Source of the DNA: Phaeosaccion multiseriatum
Taxonomy: Eukaryota > Protista > Ochrophyta, other classes
Direction: 5' to 3'
DNA: 64,000 nucleotides
NCBI GenBank assembly: GCA_965112735.1
Contig: OZ218963.1
Span: 1,302,001-1,366,000, forward strand
In this document: positions 24,691-36,602 of the stretch, piece after piece
Layout: each line of letters opens with the position of its first letter
Numbering within the stretch: the stretch's first letter is position 1
The notes under the pieces: model-generated
The model's database searches: none
Told to the model about the DNA's origin: nothing
The model's input: only the letters and a program-made list of their open reading frames with translations
Made by a program: the position numbers and the translations under genes

Positions 24691-25100
24691 CCACTCACCC
24701 ACTCACTCACTCACTCACTCACTCACACACTCACTCACTCGCTCACTCACTCACACCCTCACTCACAAACTCACTCACTCACCCACTTCACCCACTCGCT
24801 AACTCACTCACTCACTCACTCACTCACTCACTCACTCACTCACGCACTCACCCACTCACTCACTCACTCACCCACTCACTCACTCACTCACTCACTCGCC
24901 CACTCCCTTACTCTCTCACTCACCCACTTCACCCACTCACTAACTAACTCACTCACTCACTCACTCACCCACTCACTCACTCACTCACTCACTCACTCAC
25001 CCACTCCCTCACTCACTCACTCACCCACTCACCCACTCAATCACCCACTCACTCACTCACTCACTCACTCACTCACTCACTCACTCACTCACTCACTCAC
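24691..25100. repeat. (TCAC)n microsatellite
   Basis: About 400 bp of TCAC units, resuming briefly at 25453-25479. Confidence 0.92.
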
Positions 25101-25714
25101 TTGGCCTGATTCGGCAGCAGCTCCCCATTAGACCATTAATCTACAGCGGGCACTAGACCATTGATCTACAGCGGGCATCTCTCGGGGAGGGAGAGCCCAT
25201 AGCTACGGTACCCTGCCTGCTTCGGGGCACCATGCCTGCCACTCAAGCAGTGACCACACTGGGCTGGGGACTCATGGGGGTTGCTTCTCACGGACGCCGC
25301 TAGTACACGGAGCATATTGATACCACTGATGGGTCCTATTGGAAAGCTCAACACATCATGGTACACAGTATAGCACTAGGAGTAGCCTAGTCATTGATAT
25401 CATAGTCATTAGCAACCGATCAACCTACCGAGCAAGTTCGCTCTACGTCATACACTCACTCACTCACTCGCTCGCTCACTGAGAGGAACTGCCACCTCCT
25501 CCCGTCGCTGCTGCTTCTCCTGCAGCAGCTGGTGGTACAGCAGTTGGTGGTACAGCAGCTGCCCTGCCGCCTCAAATCGGAAAACTTCTCCTCGCTCCCC
25601 CCGCCGATGAGCATCAACCCGCTGCCATCTCCTGCCGTCCGCTGCCACCCCCTACCTTCCACTACCGTCCACTACACGCCACTGCCACCCACTAAAATAT
25701 ACACTCCTTCCCTC

Positions 25715-27935
25715 TTCCCTCCCTCCCTCCCTCCCTCCCACCCCCCCTCCTCCCTCCTTCCCTCCCTCCCTCCCTCCCTCCCTCCCTCCCTCCCTCCCTC
25801 TCTCCCTCCCTCCATCCCTCCCTCCCTCCCTCCCTCCCTCCCTCCCTCCCTCCTTCCTTACGTCCCTCACATCTTCCTTCCTTCCCCCCCTCCCTCCCTC
25901 CCTCCCTCCCTCCCTTCTTCCTTCCTTCCTCCCTCCTTCCTTCCCCCCCTCCCTCCCTCCCTCCCTCCCTCCCTTCTTCCTTCCTTCCTCCCTCCTTCCT
26001 TCCTTCCCGTGTTCCTTTCTTCCTTCCCTCTCTCCCTCCCTCCCTGCCTCCCTCCTTCCTTCCCTCCCTCCCTCCCTCCCTCCCTCCCTCCCTCCCTCCC
26101 TCCCTCCCTCCCTCCCTCCCTCCCTCCCTCCCTCCCTCCCTCCCTCCCTCCCTCCCTCCCTCCCTCCCTCCCTCCCTCCCTCCCTCCCTCCCTCCCTCCC
26201 TCCCTCCCTCCCTCCCTCCCTCCCTCCCTCCCTCCCTCCCTCCCTCCCTCCCTCCCTCCCTCCCTCCCTCCCTCCCTCCCTCCCTCCCTCCCTCCCTCCC
26301 TCCCTCCCTCCCTCCCTCCCTCCCTCCCTCCCTCCCTCCCTCCCTCCCTCCCTCCCTCCCTCCCTCCCTCCCTCCCTCCCTCCCTCCCTCCCTCCCTCCC
26401 TCCCTCCCTCCCTCCCTCCCTCCCTCCCTCCCTCCCTCCCTCCCTCCCTCCCTCCCTCCCTCCCTCCCTCCCTCCCTCCCTCCCTCCCTCCCTCCCTCCC
26501 TCCCTCCCTCCCTCCCTCCCTCCCTCCCTCCCTCCCTCCCTCCCTCCCTCCCTCCCTCCCTCCCTCCCTCCCTCCCTCCCTCCCTCCCTCCCTCCCTCCC
26601 TCCCTCCCTCCCTCCCTCCCTCCCTCCCTCCCTCCCTCCCTCCCTCCCTCCCTCCCTCCCTCCCTCCCTCCCTCCCTCCCTCCCTCCCTCCCTCCCTCCC
26701 TCCCTCCCTCCCTCCCTCCCTCCCTCCCTCCCTCCCTCCCTCCCTCCCTCCCTCCCTCCCTCCCTCCCTCCCTCCCTCCCTCCCTCCCTCCCTCCCTCCC
26801 TCCCTCCCTCCCTCCCTCCCTCCCTCCCTCCCTCCCTCCCTCCCTCCCTCCCTCCCTCCCTCCCTCCCTCCCTCCCTCCCTCCCTCCCTCCCTCCCTCCC
26901 TCCCTCCCTCCCCCCCTCCCTCCCTTCCTCCCTCCCTCCCTCCCTCCCTCCCTCCCTCCCTCCCTCCCCCTCCTTCCCTTCCTCCCTCCCTCCCTCCCTC
27001 CCTCTCTCCCTCCCTCCCTCTGCTACGATATAAGGCATCCCAATATGCCTTCAGTATTATCCAAACGTATTAAGGTAACAAAAGGTACCCTCCCTCCCTC
27101 CCTCCCTCCCTCCCTCCCTCCCTCCTTCACTACCTCCCTCCCTCCCTACCAACCTACCTACGTACCTCCCTCTCTCTGTCTCCCTCCCTCCCTACTACCT
27201 CTCTCTCTCTTTCTCCCAGCCTCCCTCCCTCCCTCCCTCCCTTCCTCCCTCCCTCCCTCCCTCCCTCCCTCCCTCCCTCCCTCCCTCCCTCCCTCCCTCC
27301 CTCCCTCCCTCCCTCCCTCCCTCCCTCCCTCCCTCCCTCCCTCCCTCCCTCCCTCCCTCCCTCCCTCCCTCCCTCCCTCCCTCCCTCCCTCCCTCCCTCC
27401 CTCCCTCCCTCCCTCCCTCCCTCCCTCCCTCCCTCCCTCCCTCCCTCCCTCCCTCCCTCCCTCCCTCCCTCCCTCCCTCCCTCCCTCCCTCCCTCCCTCC
27501 CTCCCTCCCTCCCTCCCTCCCTCCCTCCCTCCCTCCCTCCCTCCCTCCCTCCCTCCCTCCCTCCCTCCCTCCCTCCCTCCCTCCCTCCCTCCCTCCCTCC
27601 CTCCCTCCCTCCCTCCCTCCCTCCCTCCCTCCCTCCCTCCCTCCCTCCCTCCCTCCCTCCCTCCCTCCCTCCCTCCCTCCCTCCCTCCCTCCCTCCCTCC
27701 CTCCCTCCCTCCCTCCCTCCCTCCCTCCCTCCCTCCCTCCCTCCCTCCCTCCCTCCCTCCCTCCCTCCCTCCCTCCCTCCCTCCCTCCCTCCCTCCCTCC
27801 CTCCCTCCCTCCCTCCCTCCCTCCCTCCCTCCCTCCCTCCCTCCCTCCCTCCCTCCCTCCCTCCCTCCCTCCCTCCCTCCCTCCCTCCCTCCCTCCCTCC
27901 CTCCCTTCCTCCCAGCCTCCCTCCCTCCCTCCCTC
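25715..27935. repeat. Two very long (CCCT)n arrays separated by a ~67-bp AT-richer spacer (27021-27087)
   Basis: Near-perfect CCCT cores at about 26065-26910 and 27246-27905, with degenerate edges. Confidence 0.95.
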
Positions 27936-28130
27936 TGTCCACTGTTCCTACGCCCCCCCCCGGCCCTCTCATGTCTTGCCCCTTCGTGCTGTACTCTGGA
28001 GTATTCATGTCTTCCCCCTCCTCCTTACTCTGGAGTGTTCTAGACTGGAGTGCTTTCGCCGGCCGCTGCCGCTGGCGCTATCATCCGTCATCCGGCCGGT
28101 TGTTGGTGTCTCTCGTCTCCACCGCTAGGT

Positions 28131-28495
28131 TCGGCTCCAGACACGCCTAGGGGTGGCCGCCGCCTAGGCGGATTAGGGCGGCGGCCTAGGAGTAGTGGAC
28201 CGAGGGGGGGAATTTTGCCCCTGGGCTGGCCCGGAGCCCGCCCAGAAGTCTACTCTTGCACTCCTTGCCTGTCCTGCGAGGAGTGCCAGCCTACCGGCCG
28301 GTGTGCTGCCATTGGTGGCCCCAGGCACACTCGCGCGCTCGCGACGAGGTGGCATAGAGGCACTCTAGCGCCTACAAGCGGCCTAGGGCTGGAAGGGAGC
28401 GGCCTTGGGCGGACGGAGGCCACCGGCCTAGGCCTACATCGGCCGAAGGCCGAGCGGGCTACGGCCTAGAACCGGCTAGGCCTGTCTGGAGTCGA
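28131..28495. mobile_element. Complete 365-bp family-B MITE with 20-bp TIRs and a 6-bp TSD
   Basis: Left TCGGCTCCAGACACGCCTAG and right CTAGGCCTGTCTGGAGTCGA match at 18/20. CTAGGT lies at 28125-28130 and 28496-28501. Confidence 0.88.
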
Positions 28496-29076
28496 CTAGG
28501 TCGCCGTGGGTGGGTGGGTGAGTGAGTGACAGTAATTAAAATTTAAACTGAAACTGAACTGAAACGCCTCCTTTGGAAGCAGGCTTTGCACAGAAGAGGT
28601 AATAGACAGTACAAGGGAAGAAAATGCGGTGATCCGTGTTGCATGATGCTAGTTAAGCGTCCGCAGAGAGAGAGGAACAGGAGGAGGCTTGCAGAGGAGC
28701 GCAGTCACCAAACAGGGAACAGGGAGGCAGCCCTTGCAGACGGAGCAAACAGCAGCAGCAGCACCAGCCTTAAGGCCGATTGATTGATTCTTTGCCAGCT
28801 GGTAAGTTAAGCGTAGGAGTCGAGGCGTGGTGAGTTTCTCTGGTCATACGATGCCCCCCGCCCCCTGATCTCTGCCTGTCTTGTTTGCCCGTTTCCCACT
28901 CACCCCCCTCCGTTCGCCTGCCACCACCAGGCCCAGAGACGCAGGAGCCTTAGTTTCAGCAGAGGAGGGGCGGCCGGTTCCTTTACTACGGGCCGAAAAG
29001 AGTGGTGACGCAAGGATGAGAATCCTTCGCCCAGAGGCTTGAGAAAATTCCTCCCGCTCTTCCTTGTCGAGGCGAG

Positions 29077-30925
29077 ATGGGGGCGGGGGCGAGCGCCAGC
29101 GGCGGGGTTGGAGGCGCGAATGGAGGCCTCAGCTACCGAGGTAGTGGAAGAGAAAAACAGGGGTCCAACTTCTCCCACTTGTTGGAGGATGTGGAGTCGG
29201 CCATAGACGCTCTGGGACAGGAGTACGAGCCGTACAAGCTGGCGCTCAGAGATGTCAGCTTCGACACTTGTCAGGTCACCGACTTTGACACCCCTCGGTT
29301 GATTACCCATTTGCAGGGGATGGGGGTAGACAACTCTGAGCATCGGCAAGAGTTAGTGCGTCTGTTTAGGTGAGGGAGAGGCAGAGAGAGAGGACGGAGG
29401 AACGAAGACAAAAGGGAGAGTGAAAGCAAAGCAATCCCCCCATTCCCTCTTAACTCATATTCCCCGCTCCCCACCCTCGTCCTGCTGTTGGTCCTGTGTA
29501 CGTGCGTATCCTCTCTTAGGGAGTGCACAAGAGGCAAAGGCGCAGGACACCTCGCTGGAAAAGCGTGTGATGTCGCCACCAGCCCCAGCCCCAGCCACGG
29601 GAAAATCTCCTCCGACATTGTTCGAAAGGCCTCCGGATGCGGGGAGGTTCTGCGTGTGGACCTTGGCGCTCCTGCGGCGGCTGCTGGTGCTCCTGCTGGT
29701 GCTGGAGCAGGCGCTGCTGGGGACGGAGAGACGGCGTCGAACACTCCAACGAGCGTCACTCCCACGAGCGTGCCATCTTCCTTTACAACCGATCTAGAGC
29801 CGCGGATAGGAGTTGTGGCCGCCGGAGGTGAGGAAGAGGGGCGCAAACGGTCAGCAGCAGAGCAGCCGCTCCCACCGCTGGCAGCAGCAGTGCGGAGGAA
29901 ACGGTCAGTGGCGGCCATTCAAAGTGGGTTGGGGTGCGTCCCCGCCTCCTTCTGGAAGTACTTGGAGAACGGCAAGTACGTCATATGGAAGATGGACAGG
30001 GAGCAACTGAGCGCTACGCTACGAAGAGAGGAGGAGTGGTCGGGTCTGGCGTCAGGGTCTTGGGAAGGACTTGATGGGATGACGTTGCTGATGGGAGGAC
30101 TAGACCACCTACCCGCGCTGCACCTCAGTCCGGAGAATGAGAATCGATTGAAAGATCACTTTACCGAACAAGGTCTGGACTTTTACCGCCTCGTCCTTGC
30201 TGGGCTCATCCACGACGAGGGCAGGCATCTGAACAAGTCAGGGAGGGTTTCAGGGGCCGCGTTGGAGGGACCTGAAGGGTGGGCTACAGCAGAGAGCCAG
30301 CGGAGGATGCCGAGCGGAGACGGCAGCGGCGCGATAGGAGGAGGAGTGCCCTTTTGTAGCTCGGTGGCGCTGGACAAGCTTCAGTTTGTCAGACAGAGCA
30401 AGGGCGAATCGGTGAGGATGGGACTCTTCTTGCTTCCTGCTTGTTGCTTCCTGCTTGTTGCTTCTTGCTTCCCACTTTTTGCTTCCTGCTTCCTACTTTT
30501 TGCTTCCTGCTTCCTGCTTGTTGCTTGTTGCTTTACTGTGGTATTGTGTTTCCGGTGGGGCCGGAGGGACACACACTCTGCTTTCTGTCTCTCATCTCCG
30601 TCTGTCTCTGCCCCCGTGCCCTTCCTACCCATCCTCTGACCCCGTGCCCTTCCTACCCATCCTCTGACCCCGTGCCCTTCCTACCCATCCTCTGACCCCG
30701 TGCCCTTCCTACCCATCCTCTGACCCCGTGTCTGTCTCGTGTACCCGCGTCTCGCTGCTCTGCAGGCCGTGAGGGAGGGCGCCGGAGAAACGTACTGGCA
30801 TCGAGTCGTGGAGGAGAGCACCGGAGCAAGGCTTGTCGTGAAGCATATGATCCGACCTACGACGGAGGCAATGGCGAGGGAGGGGGGGCAGCAGCAGGAG
30901 GGAGGCATATCAACACCACCACCAC

Positions 30926-30979
<54 letters not shown>

Positions 30980-31190
30980 GCGGCTCAATCGTATACGGAG
31001 GACTGGGGAGTGGCGGACTTGAAGACAGGAGCATCGTGGACGTGCGCTTCCCAGCGGGTGTGGAGGAGTTGATCCAGCGGCAATTCAAGCTCGGGATGTG
31101 CTGTCGTCACATGCTCCAAGTGCCTCGCACTGCCTGGGGCGTTCACGGAGGCTTGCCGGTCCTCGAGCTCGAGCCGCAGCAGTTGGTGTT

Positions 31191-31231
<41 letters not shown>

Positions 31232-34200
31232 GTATGTCCAGAGGACGGTGGGTGGGCTCTCGTGACGTCCACACCTGGGTGGCCATGGAGATTTGCGAGA
31301 TTGGGAACATGAGGCCCAAGTTGGAGGAGGGCGGGGAGCCGCTCGTACAGTACAACAAGCAGTGGTTCTGGAAATGGGTGTCACAGTTAGCGGAGTGCCT
31401 GGTGGACATGCACGATAGAAACGAGGTGCACGGCCGCCTCTCTGTGGATAACTTGCTCCTCAACGCTCAAGGGGAGCTAAAGGTCCGCCTGGGTAGCCTC
31501 GGGGTGGACGCGGACGTGAGCATGGACGTGTATGTAGACGTGGATGGCTCCAGGGGGGACGGGAAGGGGGAGAAGGAGGGAGGGGTAGGACGGTCGTCGC
31601 TAGAGCAGCGTAAGATGGACGACCTTCGAGCTTTCGGTGTGGTGTTGTACGAGATGGTGGCAGGGCTGTGGCCGCCTCCGAGGGAGAGTGAGGCGTGGAA
31701 GTCGATTGAGCAGCAGCAACAGCGGCGGTTGGTGATACAGCAACAGGAGGAGCAGGAGCAAAATGAGGAGGAGGAGGTGGAGGAGGAGGTGGTGGAGGAG
31801 GAGGAGGAGGAGGAGGAGGAGGGGTGGCGGGAGGAAAAGGACGGCAGCAGGAGTATAGAGGACAGCCGCGGCAAAGGCGAGTACATGGTGACACAGCCAG
31901 AAGGCAAGAGTGGTGGAGGTGCCATGGCTGACGCAAGTGGTGGGGTGTGGTGGGGCAACATCCAAACGTTAGCAGGGGATGCCATCAAGGACCTGCTGCA
32001 GTCGCTGCTTGCTCTACCTGGCACACCCCTACCCTGCAGCGAAGGAGCGGCACGAGGAGGACGAGGAGGGACCAAGAGGACAAAACGAAGCAGGGTGGTT
32101 CGAACCGCCCGAGACGTGCTCTCTCGCGTGGAGGAGGGAGGACTGGAAGCAAAGGTGATGCTGAAAGAGGACTCCTCCGGGGCTTCGTCGGCCTCCATTG
32201 TGCATTCGCTGGAGAATGGTTGGCAACAGGACGACGGAGGAGGCAGGGGTACGAGACGAGGAAGCGGCAGCGGTGGTGGAGGTTACGGAAGCGGGAAGCG
32301 AAAGGCCAGTTTGCATCGAATGCTGTCGGGTGGCAGTGAGGTGAGGCCTCAACACGGCCAACACGGCCAGCTGCAGCACTCCGGGGCGCGATTGGGCGAG
32401 CTGGGAGGAGCCGGTGGAGGAGGGGGACAGCACGCGAACAAGCGCCCTGGTTTGCAACGGGAGGGCACCGTGAGCTACCGCCTCGCGGACGACTCGCCTG
32501 ACTTTAAGCCCTCCATCTTTGTCAACGGTGCCGATGACGAAGCCAACGGAACAGTGTTCGACGGTCGCAGAGTGTCGGTGGAACGGCAGAACCACCAAGA
32601 GGGGGCCAACAAGCTGGGAGGACACCGAGCAAGTAGGGTAGGACAGCAAGACGGGCGAGACTCTACGGCGGTTGGTGATACAGCAGCAGACACAGCAGAC
32701 AGTGTGAACGCAGCAGCAGGCAAAGGCCGGCGGCGGTCGAGCGCGAGTCAAGTGGCATTGCTGCTCGGACAGGCGAAGCAGAATGGCGTGGTGCTGGGGC
32801 AAGCTATGCTCAGCAAGATACAACATGCAGGCCACTCTTCGCACGCTGTCCTCCCTGCCGCTGCAGACGACGATCCATTGAGTCTCGCCACCTCCTCCTC
32901 CTCAAAGTCTGATGCGACGGCAGCTGGGGAGGGTCAGCAAGAGAACGAAGCAGCAGCAGTGGGTGATACAGCGCGAGCGGGAGGAGTCGAGGATGGCACT
33001 TCCGGTCAAAGCCCGTCCACAGTGACGGCGGAAGCGACAGCACCAGTTGGTGATACACCAGCAACATCGGCAGCAGCAGGCGGAGCAGGAGCAGGAGCAG
33101 GAGCAGGAGGAGGAAAAGGAGGAGCAAGAGGAGGAGGGAAAGGAGGAGCAAGAGGAGGAGCAAGGGGAGGAGGAGGAGGAGCGGACGCGGAGAGGAGTAG
33201 TTCAGGCAACCGGCGACCGTCAATGGCGACCATCTTGAGGCTTGAAGCTATCGCAGAAGAGCTCGAAGCAGCTTACGAAGGGGCCAAGGGACTGTCTCTC
33301 GCTTTGTCGTCACTCATCAAAGCGGGCATGATGACTACAGGGGTGGGAGGAGAGGGCGGGCGGGAAGGAGGAGGAGGAGGAGGGAAGAGCCCTCCGCCGT
33401 CGTCCATTGCCATCCTGCTGGCCATTTCTCGGGCCAGTCACACCTGGCACAGCATCCGAGAAGAGGTCTTTATGGAAAAGTTGCGCAAGCTGGCCACCCT
33501 CGTTCCACTCTACATGAACTCGTCACCCTTCGACCGAGCATTACAGCAAGCCGCTCTCTCTGCGGTGGCCACCATCAGCAAGCTCGACGAAGGACATCGG
33601 CACTTGTTCCAGCCTGTGGCTGTAGCAGGGGCCGTGCTTCGGGCCATGGAGCGGTTTCCGGTCGACATTGGCATTCAGATGGTGGGCTGTTGGGCCATTG
33701 GTAATCTCTGTACTTGCTGGAAACGGTCGTTACAGGCCCTAACGGATCAGGGGGCGTGCGAGGCTGTATTGAGTGCGCTGAGGGAGTTTCCACATCAGCC
33801 GAGTGTGTGTGCGGCGGCGTGCTGGGCAGTGCATAGCCTGTGCCTCAACACCGCCAACAAGGATGTGCTTGGCTTGGGCGGCGCGGGGGAGCATATGGTC
33901 AAGGTGAGGAGTGGGCGGAGGCAAGGGGCGGAAGGGCAGGCAGGGAGGGAGGGAGGGAGGGAGGGAGGGAGGGAGGGAGGGAGGGAGGGAGGGAGGGAGG
34001 GAGAATGGGGAAGGGTATAAAGACGACAGTCGATCGTAAGGTCACGCTTCGCTCGGAGAGGGGAGGAGCCCTTCTTGTGTTGTGTTGTTGTCCCCGCTGG
34101 GGGTGGGGTGGGTATTTCCTTTTGCTCTGAGACAAAGGGCCCAATCATCCTGCCTCGTCTTTGTCCCGAGGGGCTGCGCTCTAGTGCACATGCACTTAAC

Positions 34201-36210
34201 TCTTCGCCTCTCCGCACGCACGCACGCATGAAACGTACATAAATGTGCCCCTTCCCTTCCCTTCCCCCTCCGCCCAGGCCATGCGAGAGATAACAGATGA
34301 CAGAGACGTGGCGTACCAAAGTATGTGGAGCGTGGGGGTGCTGGCGGCCAACGAGCCTGGTAATGCGCGTGCGCTGGGCATGCACGGCGCGTGTGCAGTG
34401 TGCACAGATGTGGTCAAGGCCTATCGAGACGACCTTCCCATGCAGGTGAGGTTGTTGGTTAGACAGGGGGCTCTGTCCCTCTGTCCTGCCTTCCCCTTCT
34501 TCACCCCTTGCCTCCCTCTTCGCTCTCCTCTCCCCCCCCTCCCGCCCTCCCCCGCTCTCCCCTCTCCCATCCTATACTGCCCTCGACGCCTTGTCGAGCA
34601 TGGCATTAACACCCGCAACGCATCCGCACTCCGTCACTCCATTCCCTCCCTTCCCTCCCTCCCTCCCTCCTTCCCTCCCTCCTTCCCTCTCTCCCTCCCT
34701 CTCTCCCTCCCTCCCTCCCTCCCTCCCTCCCCCCCTCTCCTTCCCTTCCTCCCTTCCTCCCTCTCTCCCTCCCTTCCTCCCTCCCTCCCTCCCTCCCTCC
34801 CTCCCTCCCTCCCTCCCCTCCGTCGCTCCCTCCGTCGCTACATCCCTCCCCCCCTCATTCCTTCCCTCCCTCCTCCCCTCCCTCGCTCCCTCTCTCCCTC
34901 CCTCCATCCCTCCTTCCCTCCCTTTCTCCCTCCCTCCCTCCCTCCCTCCCTCCTCCTCTCCCTCCCTCCCTCCTCCTCTCCCTCCCTCCCTCCCTCCATC
35001 CATCCATCCATCCCTCCTTCCCTTCCTCCCTCCCTCCCTCCCTCCCCTCCCTCCGTCCATCCACAGCTGCGAGGCTGCAACACCACCCGATCCTTGGCGC
35101 ACGTTGACAAAGAGAACAGGAAACGGTTACACGAGGCTGACATGGGCAGGAGCATCATTCTCGCCATGAACACGTGGGAAGTCAACATTGAGCTGCAGAC
35201 CAAGGTACGTTACGTCGGGCAAGGACAGGCGTATGAAATGGGCAGTGGGCATATGGGTAGGCATATGGGAAGGCTTAGGAGCAGGCATATGGGCAGGTAT
35301 ATGGCCAGGCATATGGGTGGGCAGTGGGCATATGGGTAGGCATATGGCCAGGCATATGGACAGGCATATGGGCAGGCATATGGGCGGGCATATGGGCTGG
35401 CCTTTGGAAAGGCATATGGGCAGGCATATGGGTGGGCAGTGGGCATATGGGCAGTGGGCATATGGGCAAGCATGTGGGCAGGCATATAGGCAGGCATATG
35501 AGCAAGCATGTGGGCAGGCATATAGGCAGAGGCATCAGGGTAGGTATGTGGGCAGACATATGGGCACGCATATGGGTGGGCAGTGGGCATATCGGCAGGC
35601 ATATGGGCAAGCATGTGGGCAAGCATGTGGGCAGGCATATAGGCAGGCATATGAGCAAGCATGTGGGCAGGCATATGGGCAGGCATATGGGCAGGCATAT
35701 GGGCAGGCATATGGGCAGGCATATGGGCAGGCATATGGGCAGGCATATAGGCAGAGGCATCAGGGTAGGCATATGGGCAGGCATATGGGCAGGCATATGG
35801 GCAGCCAGGCGACCAGGCTCTTCCCTCACGCGCAGCCTCACCCCACCTCATCTACTTCCTCCCCCGTCTGCGTACCCGGCCTACTTGCTGACTTACTGTA
35901 GGCCTGTGGAGCCCTCGAGGTCTTGGCCTTGGCAGGCGTGGAGGAGAGGGCAGCCCTTGGAGAGCTCGGAGCCTGTGAAGCCGTTCACAACTGTCGAATC
36001 GTGGAAGGGGCAGGCTTCATGCTGCTGCGGGTGGCGTCCAAAGCGGAGGTGGCCCTGTCGGAGGAGTGTCCTGCGAATCAGCATCGGTTTAAGGACATTG
36101 GTCATCGGCATAAGAAGGCAATGGACGAGGTGGAGAGGGAAGCGAAGAAATTGGCCAAGGAGGCGGCGAAGGCTGCAGCCACGGCCACTTCCGTATGCAT
36201 CATCAGTTAA
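29077..36210 (+). CDS. Myristoylation-motif, SAM-like, pseudokinase, ARM-repeat protein, 6 exons
   Basis: Exons 29077-29369, 29520-30411, 30766-33903, 34278-34445, 35067-35204 and 35902-36210 join in frame. MGAGAS start; kinase-like LVVKHM, VAMEICEIGNM, MHDRNEVHGRLSVDNLLL, DLRAFGVVLYEMVAG; ARM-like IQMVGCWAIGNL and AACWAVHSL. Confidence 0.85.
30612..30730. repeat. 28-bp intronic tandem repeat, 4 copies
   Basis: CCCCGTGCCCTTCCTACCCATCCTCTGA; TGAC recurs at 30637, 30665, 30693 and 30721. Confidence 0.92.
35225..35803. repeat. 12-bp intronic minisatellite (GGCAGGCATATG)n
   Basis: Variant units fill most of intron 5 of the kinase-like gene. Confidence 0.92.
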
Positions 36211-36602
36211 TAGGGGAGGGGAGGGGGGGAGGGAGGGAGCGAGGGGGGGAGAGGAGAGGGAGGGAGGATTAGCCAGTCACTGACTGAGTTAGGAGGGGAG
36301 GGGAGGAGGAGGGTGGTCGGGGAGGTGGAGAGGAGAGGGCGGGGGGGGGTCAGGCGTCGAACATCATTCATTCATTCACTGACTGAGCTGGATCGGAGAG
36401 AGCGGAGGGGCTGTGCGGCTGTCCGACAGTGCGCGGGTGTCTCTCTGTAGGGGGGGAGGAGCGACAGCTCTGGCTGGTACTTCGAAGTGTATTGCATCCT
36501 GCAGAGTGTAGGTATGGATGGGTATATGGGTAGAGCTCATTGATCGCCTTCGTATCTGTCCGTCGTTCTTAGGGACCCTCATAAATTGCAATCGCATGTG
36601 CT

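Noticed and set aside
25715-27935. (CCCT)n as telomere
   Set aside because: The array is internal, lacks CCCTAA-type units, and the same motif is common in introns.
35188-36283. GRHM/GQAY/MPAH repeat proteins
   Set aside because: The repeat lies within a canonical GT-AG intron (35205-35901) whose removal restores the ARM frame.
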